Assembly (NCBI GenBank): GCA_964016885.1
Contig: OZ024746.1
Span: 60,078,001-60,142,000, forward strand
Direction: 5' to 3'
DNA length: 64,000 bases
Source of the DNA: Eledone cirrhosa
Lineage: Eukaryota
Positions within the stretch are counted from its first letter, which is position 1. Every line of letters starts with the position of its first letter. The notes under the pieces were generated by a model. It was not told where the DNA came from and ran no database searches. It was given only the letters and a program-made list of their open reading frames with translations. A program made the position numbers and the translations under genes. Shown in pieces: positions 39,857 through 52,755 of this stretch.

Positions 39857-40118
39857 GAAGAGATGGTTTTAGATATTTCACTTCAGTTTGTCTTACACAC
39901 CCATTATGTACATTTCAAAGGCATTAAAATGGCATTATGTAATAATTATTTAATGCATTGTCATCAGACTGGTGCTGAAAAAGTAAACAATGTTTATGTT
40001 TTTGGCAGACAATGCATTAAATAACTATCACATAATACCATTTTAATGGCTTTGAAATGTACATAATGGATGTGATGTAAAACAATAAACTAAAGTGGAG
40101 TATGTAAAACCATCTCTT
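39857..40118. repeat. Diverged fold-back inverted repeat (~105-bp arms) next to (TA)n
   Basis: 39857-39962 is the approximate reverse complement of 40008-40118. Confidence 0.9.
39898..39974 (-). ncRNA. Type I hammerhead ribozyme
   Basis: caccagt-CTGATGA-caat-gcattaaa...tttaatgc-cttt-GAAA-tgtac-ATA-atgggtg; stem III atgtacat is a perfect palindrome. Confidence 0.62.
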
Positions 40119-41130
40119 TTTAACATTAATATTTCATCTGATGCCATATACGTAATACTTTTATGGATACCTATGATGTTGAGTGCTTATGCTTGATAAA
40201 ACCAATAGTCAGTTGATTGCTTAGTAAATAAAAAGTAAAAGTGAAAAAACACCGGAGTATATTTAAAGATTTTTTTCTTTAATCCGACAGAATGAATATT
40301 CTTATAATTGTTACATTAAAAGGATTTAAATTTTGTCAAATATTACTGTTTTCGATTGGTATGTCAATCTTATTAAATATTTTAAAAGTTTGTTCTCATA
40401 TTTTGTGAGCAGTTAGAACATATCACAAAGATGGAATATGAATCAGTAAAAGCAGTGGCAAATGGAACAGCCCAGCACAGCACATTCAATGAGATTTAAG
40501 CCTGTACCAAATTTTAAATAAACAGTTAACCTCTATTCTAGAACATTGTGAAGTGAATCACATATAATTAAAAATAAAAATTTCTTTTGTGATGCGAGAA
40601 TGGAATGTACTTACAACATATTTGATTTTGCTGTTTATTTACTTAAATACTTAAGTACAATACTTATATTTTGCCAAAGCCAGAAAGCCATGCAAATACA
40701 CACAGAAATCTGCGTTCATATATGCACACACACACACAAAGAAATTCACATTCGTACACACACACACATACACACATGTATGTATGTATGTATATATATA
40801 TGATATCAAACAATGAAGAATAATAAAAATAAAGTGAGTTATTAATTGATCCATTATTTTATGATTGTTTCAAACAAAGAGCAAAATATCGATGTTCAGA
40901 CTAATCATAACACTGTACCATCAACCTCAAAAATGCACATCTGTCCTTCTAAGATGGTTATAATTCCTGCTCTGACTAGGCAGAATACTCATATATACAT
41001 GCATATATATATACCCTACAGATATTACTATGCCCTTGATAAGGTTTGTTTAACACATAAGCCGAAAATGCTTGGTGCCACGGTTAGGATTTTACACATC
41101 TCTATACCCACTCTACATCATCTCCCTATG

Positions 41131-41482
<352 letters not shown>

Positions 41483-42202
41483 TATATATATATATATAGT
41501 AATAATAATAAATGTGAAGACCAAAATCCAAAGAGGGCTCGATAAGGATAAATATATATCAAATAAGATCCCGTTAAGGGTGAAAGCAGCAATTCTTTGC
41601 TTAAACTTTAATCTGTTATTTTAATATATATATATATATATGTGTTGAGCTTTGTTTGCTATTTCAAGTTAGATAATTGACTGTGCTATGTAGAGAGCAA
41701 TCTTGTTGGCTCTATTCTCCATTGGTTTATTTTTACCTGTGGCACCCTGTGTCATTCTACTCAAGTACCCTTGTAAACCAGCAATAAATTACTAATGTGA
41801 CAGGTTGGTTCAGTTAACCCCCCCCCCCCCCCCTCTATCAGAGTGGCTTAGAGGTGATACTAAAATATATGTCATATTCCCTTCTGTAAGCACTTGGAAT
41901 TGCCTGCTGCACTCTTAGCAATAGTAATGCTCTCCCATATACTGGCACCAACAACTATAGTAATAGTGTATACATAGAAACATACATACAGATACACACA
42001 CGCGCGCGCACGCACTATAGCACACCACCACACACATAGATAAGATACAAAAAATATGAGTTGGGACACACACACTCTGACAGTCAAACAGGCATAATCA
42101 CACTGACACATAGATCTATAAACACACATACACACACTGGTGTGCACATATACACACTTTTTTCTGCACACTGGTATACACACATAGAAACAAAAACGGC
42201 AG

Positions 42203-42256
<54 letters not shown>

Positions 42257-45200
42257 GCACAAACTCACATAGAAGTGAATTTCAATCATGAGTGACAAAA
42301 GATTGGGGGGATGTGAAGGGGAGGAGTGGAAAAGTAGAAGTGTATAACTGGGAGGGAGGATCAGGTTTAGGGTGCATGTGTGTGTGTGAATTTGAGTGAT
42401 AATAAGGAAGAGGATCAAAGATGGTGTTGTGGTAGTGGGGATGATAGGAGGGGGTGATAAAGAAGAGAAAGAGGAAGAGTTTATATGAATAATGAATGAA
42501 TGGGAAGAATAAAGACAAGTGAAAGGATGGGGGTGGGGACCAAGAAGGAAAAGTAGACAAAAGAAGAAATAAAAAAGGGAAAGAGGTTAAAGGATGAATT
42601 TGTGAGAGAAGAGGAATTCAGAAAGAATTATTGCAAAACATAGAGATGAAAGGAAAGAAGAAGAAGAAAAGAGAAATGATAAATTAAAGACAATAAAAAG
42701 GGAAATGATGAAAGATGAAGGAAGGAAGAAATGAATGAAAGAAGAAAATAGAGAAATAAAAATAGAAAATTTGAAGGAAATAATTGTATGAAAGCAGTAA
42801 GGAAAAGAAAAAGGAGTTTTACTTATTTGTGCATTACCAATGGTTTTGTTAAATGGGAAAATGTCTGATGAAACCACTGACAATTTCCCACGTATTACTT
42901 CTGTCATAATTTTATGTAAGAAATTTTGTTAAGTAATGTTTTAACTTTAGCACTTAAATCAGCTGTATCCAGCCAGAATTCTCTCACCTTTTACTCTTCA
43001 AAGCAGCTGTAACCAGCTGCTCATACTGACGTTAAGGTATTGTTCTCAAAATAAATAATATCAAAGTCTCGTATATTCAATATTATGTGAGATAAAGCCT
43101 TTACTGTGAAAATACAATAGTAAATACAGAGTAATGTAAATGCTAGAGAGTTAAACACCAGCTTAATAATGAGGAAATTAGTTATATTATTAATTCCTTT
43201 CAAATTCTACATTTTTTTTTCAGAATTATTTGAAAATTACAGAGTCTTTCATGAGAAATATGGTAATGAAAGAGTTAAAGCACTTTTGAAAAAAAAAAAG
43301 ATTTACACAAAGCATGTCTGCTGAAGACAATGATTAACCCATGTATCACTATATTTCTAATGAAAGACACTGCCTATCGTTTTCAAAACATTTTGAAAGT
43401 AATTAAGAATTTTGGAGGGATTTAGTAATATAATTCACTTTCTTATTAAGCTGGTGTTTGGAGCATAACTTAACACAAGTTTCCTACACAGAATGATGAT
43501 GAAAGGTTTTTAGATAAAAATATAAGAAAAAAGGAAAGGGAGCCAATTATTAGATCAGACCAAGGAAACAATGTTTCCATTGATCTTTCCATTGCTGATA
43601 CTATCTGCTGGTCACAACACTTGACCGAAGGAAACAGGATTTTTTTAAATCAGAATATTTAAAGCCAGATCAGTTACTGCAAAGCATCCAATTCTACTCT
43701 TTAATGCAGAAACATGGGAAGAAAAAAAGTTTAAAGACAATAAAACCCCCATCCACACACATTCACATCCCTCTCGACCCTTAACAAATCTAAGGCAAAA
43801 TATATAAAGGTGTAGTAATGGTGGTGGTGATGAGAATCTTAAAGAAAAATCATTAAGTGGGTCGAGGGGAAGGGCACAGAGTGGAGATGGTGGCATGTCA
43901 TTCATTCTTTTGGGGAGGAGAGGATTTATTCAATTTTCTCTTCCTTCCTTTCTTTAAATTTTGCAAAATAAATCTTTGATATTTATTTATTTTTTTTTTT
44001 TTTATAAATTTCCCCTAAAAATATTTTCATTGAAAAAAAATAATAATATGAATAACAAACACCAAACTAAATAAAAATAAATAATAGAAATAAAAGTGAT
44101 GAAGAGAGAAAGAATGGCAAATATTTCTTTGAATAGAATACAAGAATAAATAATATATAGAATACAAGAATATGCAAAGAAGGAAAATAATAGATTGTTG
44201 TTGTTGTTGTAGTTGTTATGAGTGTAGACTGTGGTGAATTGGCAGAATCGTTAGAGCATCAGATAAATTGCTTTGTGGTAATTGTTTTGGCTCTTTATGT
44301 TCTGAATTCAAATCCCACCGAGGTCAACTTTCCCTTTCATTTTTCCAGAGTTAGAAATCCAGCTGTAGAAATCAAGCCAGATCAGTTCCTGTATGAGCAA
44401 GGCATGGTCAGCCGACCAGACACTGCCCACAACAGAACAACCCGTCTAACCCATGCTAGCGTGGAAGAACGGACGTAAAACGGTGATGATGATGATGATG
44501 ATGATGAGAGTTGATAAAATAACACACACCAGTCAAGAACTGGAGGTTAATATAATCATCTGTACCCCTCCCCAAAAATTGCTGACCTTGTGCCAATGTT
44601 AGAAAGAATTATTATGGCAGAATCCTTAGAACAGCGGATAAAATGCTTTGTGGTATTTGTTCCAACTTTTTTATGTTCTGAATTCAAATCCTGCTGAAGT
44701 CAACTTTACTTTTCATCCTTCCAGTCAAGTACTTGGGTTGAGTTAATCAGCTTTCTTCTCCTCTGCACAAAATTGTTGGTCTAGTACCTCAATAAGAAGC
44801 CATTATTATGTATATGATATAAAGGCACTGGATTAGTAGAATATGTGAAAATGATGATGGTGATATATATGTATAGGGACCAATAAATCTCTTCCAAGGT
44901 AACTCTATCTCTGGTTTTCTTTTTAAAATTTTTTTTTACACTCTCTACGTCTCTTTTTATGCTTCTTCCTACTTTTCTCTCTCCTCTTACTGCCACCTGA
45001 TTGTGTTACCCATAGATTTACCCATCTGCATTGTAGAAGCTTCCAAAACAACTATATATATATATGTATGTAAAAGGTAAACAGAAATAACAACACAATC
45101 GGTACAGTATATGGAAGGAATATATTAAGTTAATGCTTTGAATAGCAGGAAGAGGGTCTTAACGTTTGGGACGCTAGTCCTTTATCAGAAGAAAGAATGA

Positions 45201-46615
45201 TAAATTAGATAGATTGAAGGGACGGGTGGGGTATATAATAATAATTTTTTCAATCATATGATCCTTATAAAATCCCCACACAGTATGATGTAACCTATTC
45301 CTTTTATTTGGCCCTCTTGTGACAAATAGATGAAATAATAACAACAATAATAATTTCTTAATTGACCAGTGGTGCCAAAAACATTATGGGAAAAAATGGG
45401 GATTTACATAAAACAAATTTGTGCAAAACTAATGCCTAGGCATCTTCCTAGGATGCTCTTTGAGAGTAGGGTGGATTAGGATCGGTGGGATTTCTAAGTT
45501 ATTCCTGGGTGGTACTCCCCTCTATTAGGGAATTTTCATTGCTATGTATTTTGTTATCTTTTTACTCGATTTTATGTAAACCCGCACTGTTTCTATTTTT
45601 GTATTATCTTTCATGGTTTGGCCCTTGTGGCCAATAAAGAAATAATTATTATTATAAAATATATTTTATTATATTTTATTTCATTACATCATTATTTTTT
45701 TTACATCATAACAAAGATTTTTTTTAAAAATTAAATAGAAAAAAAAGAAAGGGAAATGTATAGAAATAAGAACACATGGAAACTTCATTTTTTTATATTT
45801 CAATATTAATTTATTTTTTATTTAATTTTGAATATTCATTTTTATTTATCTATTTTTATTTATTTATATTTTTTTATCTATTGATTTTTGTTCTTTATAT
45901 TCATTTTCATTTGTTATTTATTTGGTTATTTATATATTTATCATTTTTATGTATTTATTAATTATATTTATTTTTATCTAACTATTTGTTTGTTTTTATT
46001 TATTTTTTTGTAATTTTTTTGTTAATTTTATATACAGAGGAAGATGGAGGAAAAGATTCTTATTTTATTCAAAAGAAATTATCTAAACATACTTGTAAAA
46101 TCCTTGCTATAAATTTTTTTTTTCTGGCTTCATTTAATTTGTTCCTATTTTTAATTAATTTCAATTTATTAAGAGTTTGTTGATTTTTTTTTTTTTGATT
46201 TTTAATTTCCTATGTGGGTTTATTTTTCTGTGTTTAGTCTGGGGTTCTTTGATGAGATTAAAAACAGATCTGGAGTGCACAGACCAGATGTACTATAGCA
46301 GAGAGGGAGCAAATAGGGAAATTAATAAACTGTACTATATTGTGTATTGATACACTTTTTTCAGTTTTTCATACATCTGAACATACAGGTGTGGGTACAA
46401 ATGAAATAAAAGAGAATCAAAACATAATGTGGAAACTGAGAGTATTTATCATCATCATCATCAAATAGTTTGTCTTAACTCTGCATTACCAGCAGTTTCA
46501 AGACATAAGCATAGCTATGTCATCAAAAGCATTAGAGAGTAAGTGAAACAAAATGGCAATGGAGTTTAGAACCATGCTGTTAAGGGGCTCCATTAATTGG
46601 TTCAGATCATGTGGT

Positions 46616-46993
46616 CATCATCATCATCATCGTTTAACGTCCATGTTCCATGCTTGCATGGGTTTGGACGGGAGTTTTCCCACTTGAGGCAAGAGTGGTT
46701 GTCTTGCTCGCATAGGACTGTCTGGCAGGTTTTCTACAGCTGGATGCCCTTCCTAACACCAACCACATTTACAGTGTGGGGCCGGGAAGTTTTTACCGTG
46801 TTGCCTACACGGCCACATTACAGCGTGGACTGTCTGGCAGGTTTTCTACAGCTAGATGCCCTTCCTAACACCAACCACATTTACAGTGTGGGACTGGGAG
46901 GTTTTTACCGTGTTGCCTACACGGCCACATTACAGCGTGGACTGTGTGTTTTTTTTTTGTCGTGACACCTACACGATCTCATTTGTTTCGGCT
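46616..46993 (-). mobile_element. RTE 3'UTR with duplicated block
   Basis: Reverse complement of 22335-22710, including the same ~113-bp duplication. Confidence 0.9.
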
Positions 46994-47339
46994 GGTGGTG
47001 TTGATAAATCAGTAACAGCAGATGAATGGACATGCATGGGAAAATTTGTTTTTGTGGTGCCATTAATGTTGATGGAATCCAGTGGCATCCATTGTACGTT
47101 CGTAGCTGTTATGGTGGTGTCATTAAATCTGGAAGCTCTTCTGCTTGGTGTATCTGGTGTTGCCAACTGTGTTCAATTGATGTATCTTATGACCATTTGG
47201 TAAGTCTGATGTTGTGTTTTTGTTTTTTTTTGTGGTGTGCGTGCTGATTCAAGGGTAGGAGCTGTCTGTCCTCACCTTGAACCAGCATGTCAGGCGGAAT
47301 TAAGGTGGTCTTTAATAAGTATCTGAGGCTAGTGGTTTG

Positions 47340-47660
47340 AAGTTGGCTTCTCCAGTGCAACATGGTGGTACTCTGTCCCAAATGTTCCATTTAATGCTGG
47401 GAATATGAAATGGGAGGAGAGAAGGATAGTACGTGGTAGGTAAATCTACTCTTGAACTCATTGGCTGTTTGGCCTATATAATTCTTCTGGAAACCATCTG
47501 GTAGTGTAAGGGTGGGTCTGTAGACAACAGCCATTGAGAGGCAGGATCCACTTAGAGGACAGTTGGTATGCTTTTGCCAATTGCAGGTCAGTGTGTGTTT
47601 GTGTAGGAGCCTGGGTGCATGTGTTTTTTACTGTTACAACATGTGAAATTTGAAGTGGCG
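47340..47660 (-). pseudogene. Penelope-like element GIY-YIG endonuclease relic
   Basis: Minus-strand translation TCNWQKHTNCPLSGSCLSMAVVYRPTLTLPDGFQKNYIGQTANEFKSRFTYHVLSF, then frameshifted IKWNIWDRVPP; VVY..YIG..FK.R..H pattern with an upstream Cys-rich linker. Confidence 0.82.
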
Positions 47661-48551
47661 TCATCGATCTAGCTATACATATATTAATAGATATCGTTGT
47701 TATTTTTGGCAAAATTGTTAGAGCGTTGGAAAAATGCTTTGCTTAGGTATTTGTTCCTGTTCCAAATGTGTGTATGTGTGTGTTGAACTTCTGTTGATTC
47801 CCTAATAAAGATGCCTATATTCTACTAATTATTGAATCCCTTTTTAAACTGTGGCTACCTATTATATACACAAATCAGCTATCCCTGCCCCTTACTCATT
47901 ACCCTGCCAAATAACCAAATACTCTTATAACTTCATACCTATCTCCTTCTTCTCTAAGCCCACTCCTCAGAGCAGAGAGGGTTCTACAGTTGGGTGTATG
48001 ACCAAAACTGCTCTAGTCATGGTGACATGAAAATGAATCCAGTATGCTCCATAAGGGCGGTTGGTGACAGGAAAGACACTCTGCTGTAGAAAGCATACCT
48101 AAAAGGGTTGGGAGAGACCCTTTACTTATGTCAACGACAAAACAACCTCCCTAGTGTTGGTGATCTACCCAATAAAAGCACTCAGCACATGCTGTAAAGT
48201 GGCTGGTGTTATGAAGGGCATCTATCTGTAGAAAGTTTTCCGAACAAAGGATTAGGACTCTTCAGTTTGTGTCTAAAGACACAACTTCTCTGCACTTGAT
48301 AGAATGTATGACTATACATGGTCGAGATGTGGACCCCTCATCTTGTCGGGGAGGGGAAGGGGGTCAGTAAACCCGTTTCAGTGCTCTCATAGTCTATGTA
48401 GACATGTCCAACCCTTGCCAGCAGGGAAAGCGCAGACATTAAACAATGAGGATGATGATGATGATGATGATAAATATACATACATATACATGTTCGGATC
48501 TAGCTGTCAAAAGGGCCAGAGCTCAGCTGTCGAGGTCCTGACTCTTTTCAT

Positions 48552-48582
<31 letters not shown>

Positions 48583-49949
48583 AATATATATAAATATATA
48601 TAAATATACATATACACATATATATATAACATCATCATCATCATTTTGCATCAGCTTTTCAATGCTTGCATGAGTTATAAATTGTATTTATTAAATAAAA
48701 TGACATAAAATAATCCAGACATCCCAACACGCCATAGAGAGAACTGAAAACCCATAAAAATAGTGTTGAAGTAGGACACACAACAGCAATATTTAAATCA
48801 CGCAAACTCATAGAAATACAAGTGCATAGAACATATATACCTATACACATACAACATACAGAGAGGAAGGAACACATGGGCACAGAACATATAGATACAC
48901 ATATATATATCCATGTCCAACCTAAGATGATGATAATGATGATAATGATGACATACATATGTACATACATATAATGCATGCACCCACACACATTCATGCA
49001 TACATTGAGCTAGGGAAAAGGATATCAGACAACAAACTTCTAAAATGACAAGACAATAAAAGAGCAATGAAATAGTAAAGGAGACCTCCTTTCCTCTCTC
49101 CTCAATCAGGGAATGTGAGCCATGGGTAAGGGGAAGAGGAAGGAGAGTGACATTGTTTTTCACCTTTTCACCTTTCCACCTTTCTATGACTTTTGATGAA
49201 AGAAATATGGTGATTGGATGTATGGGGTGTGGGGGTGATGAATAGTAGATTTTTGTAGAGCAGTAATTTTTATTATGTCTATGTCTGTCTGGAGTTTGAC
49301 TTTGTCTTTCATCTGATGAAAATAAGTAGCAGTCAAGTACTGGACTTGATTTAATCACATTTGCACTCTTTTCTCCAAACGTTCTGAACTGGAAGCTTAT
49401 TTTGTTGCTGTTAGAAGATAGTATTTTTATTTATTTTTAACTGGCTGCATAGAGCTAGTAATCAATGACAGACTAGGAGAGAAAGGAAACAATAGAAGCA
49501 AAAATTTGAGGAAAAGGTGAAAAACGAAGTCAGCTATAAAGCAGCTAAATGTTTCCATTGTTGAAATGTTTCTTGTTGTTGAATATGTACTGGAAGATCT
49601 TGCTCATGGTTGATAGATCCTTGACAATATCCACCCCCACCCCCTTCCGTAACTCCTTTTAGAGTTGTAGGGGCACTGTATTGACATACAACGTTTCTTG
49701 GGCATCCCTCTCCAGGCCTGAGTACAGCAGATTTCATCCAGAAAAAGACAGAAAGTGAAAGAGGAAATTACATATAGATATAGAGAAAGAATCGACCCCA
49801 GTAGTAGACTGGTACTTTTTTTTATCAACCTTGAAAAGATGAAAGGGAAAGTTAACATCAGCGGGATTTGAACTCCGGGAGCAGAGAGCCGAAACGAATA
49901 CCATAAAGCATTCTATCTGACATTTTAATGACTCTGCTAATTCGCTGCC

Positions 49950-50200
49950 TCCTTGACAACATATTACATCTTCAATCTTAGTTTTTTTTTAAGAACCATC
50001 TTCAAGATAACTTCTCTCTCTCTCAGACTTGTAGTTTTTCTTCACAAGAACAGAGAGGTGATTCAATAGAGTTGTTCTTGATAAAATATAGAGTGTATAT
50101 GACCAGTGTATATGACCAGTTCCATGCCAACACATTAACCTTATTCCGATACCTGATACACATTTTTAAACATTGACAGATCTGGCTGAGATAATGTTGG
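49950..50200 (-). repeat. LINE C-terminal zinc-knuckle-like relic, duplicated in inverted orientation at 53471-53715
   Basis: TGHIHLNS..ESPLCSCEEK remnants; two near-identical ~245-bp copies. Confidence 0.65.
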
Positions 50201-50680
50201 ATAGAAATTTGATAGCTTATCTCTAAACTCTTCCCCAAATGTTTCCCACTCTTGACTAATCATGTTTGCTAAATGATTTAACTTGTGATAGATCTGGAAA
50301 GTAATCTATATCTATTATTTCCCTTTGTGCTCCCTCTTTTGCTAATTCATCTGCTTTCTGTTTCCCCTAATAACTGTATGGCCTGGTATGCTACTATTGT
50401 CCTTGGTAGAATTTGTAGAGATTTGGACAAAATGGTTTGCTGGGTGGGGAGGGGTAGGTCTCTGTGTATGTGTGTGTGTGTGTAAGGGAGATGTCACATG
50501 AACACTATTATCTGACAAAATAATTCTGAAATGTTTTCATTCACACAGGAAGTTAGCTTTCCGGTATCTCTGTCTACCTTTATCTATCTCTCTATCTGTG
50601 TGTGTGTGTATGTGCCACACAAATGCTATAATCTGACAAGATAGTTCCAAAACGTATTCATTCATGTCTTAATTCAGTTA

Positions 50681-50748
<68 letters not shown>

Positions 50749-51413
50749 ATAGCTTTGTTACAATTTGGTGAAGAAACCAAATATTTCTTATTCCCTCTAT
50801 AAAACAACAAATTGTGAACAAGTGTAATATGCATTGTGTATAATATGTAGGCACACACACACACATGCCCATCCTGTGCATTTAAGACCATATTAGCCAA
50901 AAGCATGTAAAATAGCTGTTAAACAGTTGTGGTGGTTGTGGTTGTGGTTAGGTGGTACTGAAAATGATGGAGGTCGTAAATGAAGTTAGTTAAAATCTGA
51001 CTGCTATCTCTAGTGGGCTGATTGATCATACATGTACAGGCTCCCTCATTAACTCATGTTTATATGAATGAAGTATAAGAGTGCATGTGTGTGTGTGTGT
51101 GCATGTGTGTATATACAGTGTGTCCAAAAAATGTATACACACTGCAACAGCATTCTAATAAAAGTGTGTATATATTTTTTTGGGGGGGTCACCCTGTATG
51201 TGTCTGTCTATAAGTGTATTTATGTATATGTATATGTTTATATATGCATGCATCTGTGTGGATGTGTATGTGTGTGTATATGTATGTATAAATGCATGTA
51301 TGTATGAACACAAAACATCGTTGTTGACTATATCTTCACCATGAAGAATTACAGAACCATCATTAAACAGTCAACACTGTGTAGTATGATGCCATAGCAA
51401 CTGATACCACCAT

Positions 51414-51446
<33 letters not shown>

Positions 51447-51779
51447 CACCACCACCACCACCATAACCATTACTATCACCATCCAACTACAACCACCACC
51501 ACATACCATACACCACCACAACTACCACTATGGCATACCATACACTACTATAAGCACCATTGCCACCACCAACTCTCACAAAAACTACTTCCACCATCAC
51601 CATTATAACCACCACCACTACCACCTTATATGTACGTCACTTGTACAACTACAACTATTACATATTATATATATATATATAATGGTAGAACACTGGAAGG
51701 TAATATCCGTAGTGGTAGAGCACTCAGTCCATGGGACGAGTTAGGTATAAGTGGTTACACAACAGTTAGTTCACTATAC

Positions 51780-51817
51780 CGAGAACAATTGTTTCACCTT
51801 AGCGGATCCTCAGCTCA
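51780..51817 (-). ncRNA. Minimal hammerhead ribozyme, mirror copy
   Basis: tgag-CTGAGGA-tccgctaaggt-GAAAC-aatt-GTT-ctcg. Confidence 0.68.
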
Positions 51818-51862
51818 TAATGGACATGGTTATACGGAACAGCATATATAACCAGTCCATTA

Positions 51863-51900
51863 CGAGCTGAGGATCCGCTAAGGTGAAACAATTGTTCTTG
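51863..51900 (+). ncRNA. Minimal hammerhead ribozyme
   Basis: cgag-CTGAGGA-tccgctaaggt-GAAAC-aatt-GTT-cttg; palindromic stem III acaattgt. Confidence 0.68.
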
Positions 51901-51929
51901 GTATGGTGAACTAACTGTTGTGTAACCAC

Positions 51930-51972
<43 letters not shown>

Positions 51973-52000
51973 TAAATATATATATATATATATATATATA

Positions 52001-52697
52001 TTTATTAAAATAACAGATTAAAGTTTAAGCAAAGAATCGCTGTATTTGTATACCTATGGCGAGTGTTTTCGCGTATGCTTGTGTATGTACGTATATGGAT
52101 GCGTGTATGTATTTATTTAATTTCAATTACCTCTGTATTTTATTTACTTTATTCTTAACTCTGAAGCCGAGAATCATTCGGTTTCCTAGTTAGAATTTTA
52201 GTCTACGACTTCAGTTATACCATTTATGTGGTTTTGTCTTTGTGTGCAATTGTTCTCCACGCTCCACATATGACGTATTATCTTCGTTTTTTCCGTTCAT
52301 TGCCAGAGAACGTCTCTATGAACCACCTAAGAGAATACTAGTCTACGACTTCTTTTATCCCATAAATGTGGTTTTGTCTTTGCGTGCAATTGTTTTTCAC
52401 CACTCCAAATGATGACGTATTATATTCGTTTTTTCCTGTTCTTTGTCAGGGAACGTTTCCACGAACCAAAGTATCGTCTTCCTGTCTTCCTCCGGTTGCA
52501 ACGTTTTTTGAAATATTCATTTCTACGTTCACAGATTGACTTTGTTAGTTTCAGAAGATCCCATTAAGAGTGAAAGCAGCGATTCTTTGCTTAAACTTTA
52601 ATCTGTTATTTTAATAATTGCTCTACGGTTCTTATATATTTGATATATATTTATCCTTATTATCAAGCCCTCTTTGGATTTTAGTCATCAAATTTAT

Positions 52698-52702
<5 letters not shown>
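52001..52702 (+). mobile_element. Longest copy of the two-module PLE-like family
   Basis: Inverted end 52001-52042, internal ~140-bp tandem duplication (about 52199-52337 / 52338-52468), terminal modules 52550-52702; (TA)n on both sides. Confidence 0.7.

Positions 52703-52755
<53 letters not shown>

Larger units (their letters stand above)
51749..51931. repeat. Fold-back inverted repeat (~85-bp arms) in (TA)n, HHR core in each arm
   Basis: Arms 51749-51834 and 51847-51931. Confidence 0.95.

Noticed and set aside
41034-41080. ttgataa-ggtttg..taagcc-GAAA HHR-like remnant
   Set aside because: Two core mismatches and no stem I or III
42854-42890. Hairpin tgggaaaatgtc/gacaatttccca enclosing ctgatgaaac
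   Set aside because: Could be an HHR with stem II deleted, but there is no stem II or NUH to support the call
49534-49737. 67-aa minus-strand ORF after a pyrimidine tract (possible exon)
   Set aside because: No recognisable domain and no clear AG acceptor or GT donor
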